From Octopus sinensis (lineage: Eukaryota): a stretch of DNA of 64,000 nt. The stretch covers positions 3,534,001 through 3,598,000 of the forward strand of contig NC_043001.1 of NCBI RefSeq assembly GCF_006345805.1, read 5' to 3'. The notes below the pieces were generated by a model that had not been told where the DNA came from, searched no databases, and saw nothing but the letters and a program-made list of their open reading frames with translations. A program made the translations under genes and the position numbers. Numbering within the stretch: position 1 is the first letter of the stretch; each line of letters starts with the position of its first letter. Positions 52,701 to 64,000 of this stretch are shown here, piece by piece.

Positions 52701-53529
52701 TGTATTGAGGACATCTTTTGCAGGAAGCTTAATGTTAGCGCAGTACGTCGTTCGGACATGTTCTGTTTTGTCTGTAAGTATCACAATGTTAGAACATTAA
52801 AAGCCTCGGAGTTTCGGAAGAATTCATATTTTATTGAAATGTGTGTTTTTGTGTGTTTTTTTTGTATCGGGTTAATGAGTGTTCGCTTTCATTGGATTGC
52901 TTGTCGGAACAATTTCATACTTTTAAATCTTCCCTGCTCACTATGTGTTCCAGGATTCCATTATTCGCAGAAAGTGTCATACCGGTAGATCTATTTCAAT
53001 AATTTTTCAGTTTTTCCCATAAGGAACATGACGTATTATAGAAATACAGAAAAAATTCGAAATGGAAAACCATTCTGTACAATTGTTTTTTTGTTTCTAT
53101 CATGTACCCATTGTACCTCGTTTAAAATAAAATAAACTCCTCATTCTAAAACAATATATTTCAATAAATATTGCCTTCATCAAGGTTTGTGCGAATGACA
53201 GGACATTATATATTTCTTGGTATTTCATCTTTATTAACAGATTGCAAGAGAGCATTGATTTAACAGCCGTATTCGATGACCAAGGATCCCGTACCGCTTG
53301 AATAAGCTCCGTCTCATTCGAGGAGTTTTGGTGACGTCACGGTTTAGGTCTTCTCACCCTTCTAGCGACGGTCAAAGTTTTCTTAGCTATGAAATTAATA
53401 GTAGTAATTATTCTTGAATTTTCCCTACCGCTCATTCTCGTCTAAATTATCTCTCGCTCGGCAAAGCATGAATATTGCATCAAACGATTTTCTGTTATTA
53501 ATTTTTCACCGAATCCCCGCGCTACGGTG

Positions 53530-54240
53530 CTTCAAAATAACAATTCTCTAATGTTTAAAACATGCCACGCTTCGTTGCCCGTTAGAAAATGCTCCATAAG
53601 TTACGTGACAAGGTATGCTGGGCCCATCCATGCATATAATGAGTTCAGTCCAAAGTGGCTGAATCGTCAACACTATTTTCTTAAAACCGACAAAACTGGC
53701 TCTGGGCAACGCTTCCAACTTTCACGTCTTGTCCGGCCACCTGAAAAACATACTTTATTGGAGAGTTCTCATGTGGAAATATTCCTGCAGACAGGAAGAG
53801 TTTCCAGATTTTGTATTTATAGAAGAGGTGTGTGATTGCAACCGCTTCGAACTCGTTAATTTCAATTGCTTGATCGATATTTATTTGGCTCAGTATAAAT
53901 GATTGAATACAACCCAATGACTGGCAAGCTTTATTGATACTTTCAGTTATCTCCTTAGCGAGAGGATCCATCAGATGTGATAACACCCTCACGGTAGACG
54001 TGTCATAGTATAGAACTTCTGTTTTGTTGAGACTTATTCTGAGTTGAAACAATTCACAAGCATCTTCGAAGCGGTGGGCAATGAGTTGAAACTTAGTCCT
54101 AGAATGTGATACGGAAGCTCAGTTGTCCGTGAGCGACGGTTCAAGTGAGAGTCTCTCTGGTGTCAAAGAATGGTCCGTCACTTTTCTATCGCAGATACAA
54201 TCCATCTCCAAGATGGCGTGATTAAGGACATATAGAACCA
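53530..54240 (-). mobile_element. Degenerate RTE RT C-terminal fragment
   Basis: FQLRISLNKTEV...EITESINKACQSLG...AVAITHLFY. Confidence 0.7.
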
Positions 54241-54400
54241 AAAGTTAATATTTATCTCCCCTTGAACGTACATACTCTCTTAGAATAAACTATACTGCGG
54301 TATTTATCATGAGAAAAGCTCTAGTAATGGCTTTTTGATACTAAATGCACCTATGTATGTATTGTTAGCGAGAAGAGAAATCCTCGCCGACTCTTACACC

Positions 54401-54455
54401 GAGACCACCAGATCACGTGGTTTCGATCTTGATTTGTCTTGTCAATGTTGGTCTC
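54401..54455 (-). ncRNA. Decayed hammerhead-like motif with 10-bp stem I
   Basis: rc: GAGACCAACA-TTGACAA-gac...gatc-GAAAC-CACGTG-ATC-TGGTGGTCTC; core strongly mutated. Confidence 0.45.
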
Positions 54456-54891
54456 TGGACCGCTAGTGGCAGAAGCGATCGATCACCCTGAAAGCGATAT
54501 ATAGATTGGCAGAACAGGCATTAGTGTCGATTGTCCATTCTTGAAAAGGCAAAAGAAGTTGAAATCACATGATGTGCTGGTCTCGGCGTTGGAAGCAGCG
54601 GGGATGTACCTCCCAGCTAGCGATAAAAGGAGTCCATTATGCACTAAAATATCAATATGAGAGTTTCGCTCATGGCAAATACCTCACCATGGTATTTCCT
54701 AAGAAAACATCCATGTTTAAGTGGAGATGAATGTTGCATCTCGGCATTAATATTGCTTCAGTCGCTAATGTCTATATATGAACAAGCTTGGACACATAAG
54801 CTGTATTATAAAAGCCTACCTAGACACGTGTCTTCACAGCAAGAAATTATCAGCAGCTCGTAATCTTTATACTCTGTACATTAAATTTAAT

Positions 54892-54923
<32 letters not shown>

Positions 54924-54926
54924 ACA

Positions 54927-55790
54927 TATTGAGTCCTCCCATAAATGATGCGGTTTTTATCGGTTGCATGAAATAAAAGTCGGAGGGCGCGGGATAAACT
55001 ACCTGCATCAATTTGCTATAAAATCTGGTAGTAAATTTACTTTCTGCTTATTCTTAGTACAAGAGTGCAGTTTGATTTTAACTGTTATTTTTTCAAAGCT
55101 ATAATAGAAGTGACAAAGGAGCATATTCAGCATATTTTGTTTTATGAGTTCACTAATGGCAACAATGCAATGGAAAGTGCGAGGAATATTAATGTAGTAT
55201 ATGGGGATCGGACGATAAGCATAATCTAGTGTCAACTGTGGTTCCAGAAATTCCAAGCCGGAAACTACAGCCTAGAAGACGAGTCTCATCCTGGATGATA
55301 TGTAGAGATCGACAAGGATGTCCTGCAAAACCTGGTGGAACGAAATCCCATCGTAACTGTTGAGGGACTAGCAGAGAAGCTGATTCCACTATTCATTGAC
55401 ATCTGCGTGCCATCGGAGAAGTCACCAAATGAGTCAACGCGTTCCTCACAAACTTTCCGAGTCTAATCTCGCGCAGAGAGTGAATGTGTGCTCTTCTTTG
55501 CTGTCATGTCTCATGAATGAACCTTTTATGAACCGAACAGTGACTGGTGATGAGAAATGGGTTCTCTATAAAAATGTCAAGCGCCAAAGACTGTGTGTAG
55601 GGAAAGTAGAAATAATGGCACCTCAGGTTTAAGAAGATCTTAACCACGTAAAGTTGGTGTTATCTGTTTGGTGAGGTATGAAAGGTTTAGTCCACTTTGA
55701 ACTTTTAAACCCAAACAAAACGATAACAATTGATATCTACTGCGATCAGTTTGAGCGGCTTAAGTCAGCGCCAGAAGAAAAATGACGATC
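54927..55790 (+). mobile_element. Mariner transposon (Mos1/Hsmar-like), 3'-truncated, inactivated
   Basis: TA-flanked 5' terminus; (M)EVTKEHIQHILFYEF, RVPHKLSESN (WVPHEL), TVTGDEKWVLYKN; stops and frameshifts. Confidence 0.9.
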
Positions 55791-57080
55791 AAAGTGACAC
55801 CTGGGTAAAATATATGAAGCCCAGTATACTGGGACGCGTTCCAATGGTCAGGTGGTCAGTCTGTTGCCAGTGCCTCCTGAGTGGCGGATTAGGTATGGCG
55901 GGGCTCCCAATGCGCTGGCACGTGTTTGGTTTACGCCACCTGCAACGATTTCTGGACGGTGAGTGTTTGTTTACTTCGTTTGTGAGGCTCGTCTTTCTGC
56001 AGCTCGTCTCCTTGACAGAGCTGCTGTCCATGGGGAAGAAAAGACCGAGACTAGGCGCCTGGTATCTAGAATGTCGTCCGACGCTCACAACCCTCTACCA
56101 GTCGGACAATGGGATCGGTGGATGTTCCGCTTTAGAAATTTATAGAGGATTAGAGGCGGGGAAGTGCGACAACGTTCTCAGGGAGACTAGGTGCCGATGA
56201 GAACGAACTGGCTAGTCTGTTCCGCAGGACGTTCCGGTCGAGAACTATCATGCATAATATCCATAATTCCTTGGCCTGGCAGTGCTACCGGGGGACATTA
56301 AGGGGGTGGGGCGCTGCCAGGGGGCGCTACCGGTTCGAGATAAACTCTACAGGCACGGGTGTGCTGTTAGACAGACTTGCTCGAGGTGCGCGCATAGTGA
56401 CGCAACTTCGGTCAGTGTCCGAGCATTGCTGACTCGTGGGGTTATGTTGAACAGCTGCTGTCACGTGTGGGACGGATCCGTCTGTCGGTCGAGTCTGTGG
56501 CGAGGATTGCACTGAGGCCCTCTTTCAATCGGGCAGGCAAGGCAGTTTTCCTTTTGCCTGGTGGCTTCTGGCGAAAGAGGTTGTTTAGTGGACAAATCTA
56601 ACAGGCATGAGGACAGATATACTCCTCTTTGGTAGAACTCTCATTGACATCTTCAAGTTTCCCTTGAAAAGGAAATTGAAAGTGGAGAAGGAAGTGCTGT
56701 CCTTGAGTGAGTTTATTGAAAGGTGGGTGAATGATGCGAAAATGGCAAGAATGGATGGCGCCTCTCTAAGTGTAGGCCTGTGAGTCGGAGAGAAGGAATT
56801 GGAGAGGGCACTTGCTCCTGGGGTGTCAGGGAAATCCCGGACAGTGGGGTTCCTCGATTATCTCCAGAGGCGTTCCAGTATCAGGAGGGCCACATTTCTA
56901 TCATCTGTCATCCTTTTAAAAATGATTCTTTTTATACCTTTGTATGCTAAGCATATATCCCTTTTAATTTTTTTAATCATTATATGTAAATCCCCACACT
57001 TCATGTATTGTCCCCCTCGCCCTTGTGTCAAATAACTGAAATTATCATTTTATCATTATTATTAATATTATTATTATTAA

Positions 57081-57135
<55 letters not shown>

Positions 57136-57150
57136 GTTGTTGTTGTTGTT
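55791..57150 (+). mobile_element. Tx1-like (L1 clade) non-LTR retrotransposon, 5'-truncated, with 3' UTR and (ATT)n tail
   Basis: VRWSVCCQ...GGLGM..L; zf-RVT-like W.CYRGALPVRDKL.RHG....CSRC....V..RALL....V..CW; UTR ends in (ATT)n at about 57050-57135. Confidence 0.8.
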
Positions 57151-57759
57151 GTTATTATTATCATCATTGCGATGATGATGAAATAGATTGTATCTTTTCT
57201 TTTAAAACAAAATGGGAGATGAGAGGGAGACGTGACTACTGTCCCTAAATGACATCTTTCTATCCTTGCAGGCAACAAAAGAATTTAGCGAAAGAAATAC
57301 TTTACTGTTATCTATCTCGAAACATTTTATTTTTCTCGCATCTTTTTTCTTCTTTTCAGGTGTTTGTTTCATTTGGATAAGAGATATTATACATTTTTCT
57401 ACCTTTCTCATGGCTACAGTCTTTATATGGACGTTTAAATTAAGCAAATAAAAATATATAATACATGCACAGATACGTATATATATATATATATATAAGT
57501 TTTGTTTTTGTGTGTAGTTATTGTATACAACTGTATGCTGGTAAACTAGATACCGTTTCCAATACTGTTATAACAGACGACACACACTTCTAACACTGGT
57601 GCGTATTGAACAATTTGCAACCTTGCATGAAATCAGAAGCAAATACGACATCCATACTAACACACACTCTCTCACATTCACACATAGATACAGACACATA
57701 ATATTACACAATATACATGCACATATCCTGCATTCATACATACATCCTCACAAACAGAC

Positions 57760-57998
<239 letters not shown>

Positions 57999-58059
57999 GT
58001 ATATATGTAAGTATACGTGCGTTTGTGCACCATATATGTATGCATGTTTGAATAGCTAA

Positions 58060-59560
58060 TTTGGTCCATGTCCCAATGGCAGTATTTCATTATCCTCATC
58101 ATTGGTTTTTGTGCCAATTTTCCTATACTGGCGTGGCTTGGATGGGATTGCAAAATAGTATCCTTCTACATGAATTCTTTCCAAATTCTCGCAACACTCT
58201 CCCAGCCTCTGCTTATTCTTTCAAGGCATGCAGCTATTTCCTGCTCCATTGTTTTGCTTAAAACAAGGAATTGATATCCTATGAATGTCTCATCATGCTA
58301 TACGGCTTTCCATGCTTCCAAATTCAATACGTTCTGCAACTGTGAACAAAAGCCTGTTGCACTTCAGTATTTCAGCAGAATCCTACACAGTTGCGCAACT
58401 TATCTGGTGCGAAGCCAAGGAGGCTGAATCCATGTGGTCGGTTATCATGTTAGAAATAGCAGCCAGGTAAGTCTCCATAAGTAATTCTCATGCAGTTCAT
58501 CGTTTTAATGCATATATTTCCATACTTGCGTGGCTCAGATGCAGTTTATTGAGACAGACTTTATACAACCAGATTCTCTTTCCGCTGCCATTCCTTATCT
58601 GGTTCGAAGCAAAGTAAGGAACCAGACATGTTTCCACAGAGTACTAGAAGTGAATGACGTCAAAGTATTTGGAGTGTTATCATAACAATCACCCGATGCA
58701 GAGCCATCTCGGCCGCATTATGGGATCTCGGGAAAATCCATGCCCTGTACCTCTATAATATCCATCTAGTGATAGAACGCTACAGCATTCATAGATTAGA
58801 ATTGGGCCTTTAGGCTCGTGAGGCTCTAGGCAACTGCTCAGAGTACCCATGCTGTAAGATGGCACTAACCTGATGGGAAGACGAGGAGGCATACCATAAT
58901 CAAATTCACGAGCATGAATATTTACAAGAGAGAATACATTTCATAATAATATAGTCCTAGGTACACAATGCCAATGAAAATGAGTGTTATCCATTTTCGT
59001 TGATTCCAATTTCTGTACCATGACCTATGACGAGTCAGTGAAGAAGTCTTTATGTGGTTGTTCAGCCTTCTAGAAAATGCTGTTACATGCTCCTCACATC
59101 TCGCCTTTGTGACTTAAAATAGGCAGGGCACATTAAACAGTTTCTCTCGTTCTCATGAATAGTGAAATTGCCAGAACTGTTGAAAGGGTGAATGAGATAC
59201 GTTGTGACATCTTTTCTATTTCGTTTCATTCTGACAGTAATTCCTGCGTTTACACTGGTGCCAGACAACATCACTTCCAATCGGTGGTCTTTCCATCTGA
59301 TAAGCATTGGTGATATGGAGGCAAACTTCCATTCATAAGCAATGTTTTTCCTTCCTCAAAATATCCTGTTCAACCTTGCAGATGCGTGGTTACCTTCAGC
59401 CAATGAAGGTCCTAGGTTCTTTTTCTTTCCGATTTTGGACAGGATAGAAGACAGCATCCTTCATCTGTTACTGGGGTTCTGATATTAGTGAAGGATTTGT
59501 GTAGGGGAATGAGCATTCAAATTGGAGACCCGACCCAAATACTTCTAACAGAGTGGACAG
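58060..59560 (-). mobile_element. Degenerate RTE apurinic endonuclease region
   Basis: GHGTEIGINENG (G.HG.G..N.NG) and downstream FDY-like motif; many disablements. Confidence 0.5.
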
Positions 59561-59794
59561 CTCAGCTAAAGGATCCTCAGTTAAATAGTGTAAGGGGTTA
59601 AGTCTATCATCCTAGTAGGAGATGGTCGTGTTTGAATTCAGAATACAAAGAGATGGAACAAATACCACAAGTCAGTTATTCTAATGGTCTTTCGGTTTCA
59701 CCAATCCAAAACCTTTTATCAGCTCTGGAAGGATGGAAGTAAAACTGACCTTGGCAGGATTTGAACTCACAACAAAAAATCGGAATAAATACTA

Positions 59795-60290
<496 letters not shown>

Positions 60291-60974
60291 TGATGATATA
60301 ATGCCTTGAATAATTCTCCATGAGTTCCATCCTGTCAATTTACAGTGTCACAAGCAGAAGCAAGTTGACCATTCCTGATAAACTCAGACATCTGACAACC
60401 AGTCAGAATTTCAAAGGCACACACCTTACAGTCTTGCCGAGGGCATGTTGATTTTCATGTCAACGTGCGATGTATACAGACCGAGGCACTCAGTGGTTCA
60501 TAAGATATCCATGTAACTGTTGCCAGTCATTTGTACAATTGGGGTTAGTGCAAACAAAATCACATCTAATAGTAACATCTAGGACAGCCGACAACGTAGA
60601 TTTAGGGAATGGCCATGGTTGGAACGCCAGTCAATCACAGAGAGGTCTGGTCAGTCACAATTGACAATATATGGTGTAGCAGCCAAATCCCTTTCAAGAA
60701 CGTACGTATCATCTTTAAATTGCGGGACCATGTTTTGTTAGTCTTATTTTTTCTTTCATTGGTTTACAATTCTTCAGCCCTCCATCAGTAATGAAGTTTT
60801 GAAATATCCACTTCTCACCTTGCTGCTTAGAATGTGTGTGTGTGTGTGTGGTGTGTGTGTGTGTGTGTTGTGTGTGTGTGTGTATATCTGTGTGTGTGTA
60901 TGTATGTGTGTGTGTGTGCGTGCGTGCGTGTGTGTGTGTGTGTGCGTGCGTTTGTGTGTGTGTGCGCGCGTCGC

Positions 60975-61155
60975 CATCGCTTAACAACCGATGTCGGTGT
61001 GTTTACATCTCCGTAACTTGCGATTTGGCAAAATAGTGATCGATAGAATAAGTACTAAGCTTACAAAGAATAAGGTGTGGGGTCGATTTGTTCGACTAAA
61101 GGCGGTGCTCCAGCATGGCCGCAGTCAAATGACTGAAGCAAAATAAGAGAATAAA
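60975..61155 (+). mobile_element. OR2-like SINE 3' module (similar solo modules at about 1795-1985, 28670-28800, 35215-35465)
   Basis: gcttaacaaccgatgtcggtgtgtttac...ggcggtgctccagcatggccgcagtcaaatgactgaa. Confidence 0.85.
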
Positions 61156-61382
61156 TATGGTGTGCTGGTAGAATCGGTGGGAGCATCAGTAAAAAATGTC
61201 ACATGGCACAGAACAGCTCAGTATTCATTTGTGATAGGACAGGTGCAGAAGAGCTCAATGCTCAAGTGAGAAGTTACAGGTGTAGAACTGCTCAATAACC
61301 AGGTGTGATAATATAGATGCCAAAGAGCTGAATGCTTAAGTGAGATAGTACAAGTGTAGATAGGTGTGGTAGATAAGGTATA

Positions 61383-61668
61383 TGGAGGCACATGGCCTAG
61401 TGGTTAGAGTAGCGGACTCGCGGTCGAGGGATCGCGGGTTCGAATCTCAGACCTGGCGATGTGTGTGTTTATTACCTTCTGGCAGAAGGTAATGGCAAAC
61501 TTCTGCTGACTCTTTCGCCACAAATTTCTCTCACTCTTTCCTCCTGCATCTTGCAGCTTACCTGCGACGGAGCGGCGTCCCGTCCAGGTGGGGAACCTAT
61601 ACGCCAAGGAAACCGGGAAACCGGCCCTTATGAGCCAGGCATGGCTTGAGAAGGAACAAACAAAAGAA
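61383..61668 (+). mobile_element. tRNA-derived SINE (OR1-like), well-preserved tRNA head
   Basis: ggaggcacatggcctagtggttagagtagcggactcgcggtcgagggatcgcgggttcgaatctc (A and B boxes) followed by non-tRNA body; family name is inference. Confidence 0.8.
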
Positions 61669-62010
61669 GATGTGTAGAAGAACTTAAATGTAATGCGTAG
61701 TTTGAGGTCGCATATGTTGATTGATAGTAGTCCCGGCAATGCTGATTTGAACCTGTAATCCTTGTCTTACTTATATCATTGTCATTTCTACTGTATTTCG
61801 CATCACTGAAGCATTGCACTTTAAACAGGTTGAATAACGTGTTGTGTACTGTGCGTTGCTGTTTAGTTTTAGCAGCGAGTTATTTGTGTTGTATAATAAG
61901 ATTGATGAGGAAGCAGAATTTTTCGAGAGAGAGAGTGGAATAAAGACAGAAATACATAATAAATTAACAACAATAATAATAGTAACGAGCATAATAATGA
62001 TAATGACGAA

Positions 62011-62063
<53 letters not shown>

Positions 62064-62638
62064 TAATATTAAAAATAATAACAACAATATATTTTGTACA
62101 AAATATCATGTGGTCAGCTGTGTGTAATGTTAATAAGAGAGGCAAATTAATGATAGCAAGGTAGACAGTCGATTATTGTTTAGTCTGTTGTGCAATAGAC
62201 ACAGAGAGTTTAAGGTCCATAATTATTGCAGTAAATAGTTCAGATCGCAGTAGGGTAGGCTTCATAAATAATCAATGGTACAACTTCCGCATGGCAAAAT
62301 TTGCAAGGTAGACTAATTAATGAACGCTTACCTGCTGAACTGAAAATAACTCAAAATAAGATAGCAAAAGCACAAGATCCGGCAGCGATGTTGATAGATT
62401 CAGTAAATATTTATTTCTCTTTAAGTAACACAATGCCACAAACAAAAAAAAACAAGACAAAACAACCCCCTCAAAGAATCATACATATATACATGTATGT
62501 ATGTATGTATGTATTCATGTATATATGTATGTATGTATATATATATATATATATGTATATTTGTGTGCGTGTGTTTGTATATACATACATATATATATAT
62601 ATGTGTGTGTGTTTGTATATACATTCATATATACATAC

Positions 62639-62689
<51 letters not shown>

Positions 62690-62750
62690 AGTACATAATC
62701 ATACATATTCATATATACATACACAAACATAAATGCCTATATTTGTACAT

Positions 62751-62782
<32 letters not shown>

Positions 62783-63317
62783 TATATATATATACATGTA
62801 CATATATATATATACATGTTCACACATATACATATAAATAAATATATATCTATATACACATACGTAAATATATATTTATGTACATATATATACATGTGTC
62901 TATGTATATATATATATATGTTGTATGTATATATATGTATGCGCGTGTGTGTGTGTGTGTGTGTGTGTGAGTAAACGAATAATGCAAACCATTTAAAATG
63001 AATGATTACAAAAATAACAAAAGATAAATACATAGTAAAAAAAAAAGAAATGCAAAAACAAAACAAAGAAAGGCAAAATACAGAGAAAAAGTAAGAGTAA
63101 AGAGTAATAACAAATGATCGTAAATATATACACGAAGTATCATTTGGAAATGATATTATTGAGAATATCAGACAGTAGGGGAGGTTATAAATCATTCAAG
63201 TTGATATATACGTCAAGATCCGGTGAGGTGATGAGAAAATAGTCGAATATTTACTAGCAAAAACTATATGTTAATCAGAGCTTGTTTTGCATCTATGTGT
63301 GTATGTATGCATTTACA

Positions 63318-63356
<39 letters not shown>

Positions 63357-64000
63357 CACATTGACACACACAGACAGACACACAGACAGACACACAGATA
63401 TATACATATAAATTGCGTATGTTTTTTACTTGCTATTTGTATTTTTCATTCTTGCATTTTTGTATTTATTTATTTATATTTTTTGTCATATAACGAGATT
63501 ATCTGAATTATTTCTGAATGATACAAATAAAGAAACTTGTTTTCATACATTTTTCTTTCCTTTTTAGCGTTTTGCCAGTACATTTATGTCCAACCATACT
63601 AAGCATTTTCCCTTCAACAGCCTACCCACATACCTACATACATATACACACACATACACATACACTTACGCACAAACACGGCCATACGCCAGTTCCTACA
63701 CTAACAACAGTCTAGCTGTTGTGATCATATTCACACACCTCCTAAACTATTTGTTATGACGTTAAGATGCAACAATATGTGTCATTATGAAATTTTACTT
63801 GTCAAAATCAAAACTATTACCGGGTTTAATTCTGCACAATTGATGTTGCTAACAACTTCAGTTGGCAAAATTTCTATCGTCATAGCTTTCACTTTCTATG
63901 AAATTTGTTGATATTTTCACACATGTGTACAATCACTTATATTAGATCAGATATTCAGCGAAGCTATTACGGTGCTAAAGATCAAACTATACCATGACCT

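Noticed and set aside
61383-61460. tRNA-Arg gene
   Set aside because: No acceptor-stem closure or T-run terminator; continues into SINE body

Overview
AT-rich, microsatellite-saturated eukaryotic DNA, most likely octopus (inferred from the tRNA-derived SINE families and the repeat landscape). No intact multi-exon gene, rRNA, true tRNA gene or CRISPR array can be supported. The only recognisable host protein is an intronless, 5'-truncated copy of the ARIH2 (ariadne-2) C-terminus on the minus strand (15690-16229), probably a retrocopy. The rest is mostly transposon debris: several SINE families, RTE, CR1, HERO-like, Tx1-like and Penelope retroelement fragments, and DNA transposons with recognisable TIRs (Chapaev3-like, hATm-like, Tc1, mariner, pogo, MITEs). 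The most notable unannotated signals are: (i) seven mutually unrelated minimal type I hammerhead-ribozyme-like folds in Penelope pLTR-like DNA; (ii) the ARIH2 copy ending in a SINE tail rather than poly(A); (iii) a near-identical inverted duplication about 10 kb apart; (iv) a CpG-rich candidate promoter/first exon at about 12 kb. All family calls are from motif recognition by eye with no database search. Boundaries of degenerate elements are approximate (tens of bp). Most listed ORFs are microsatellite artefacts.
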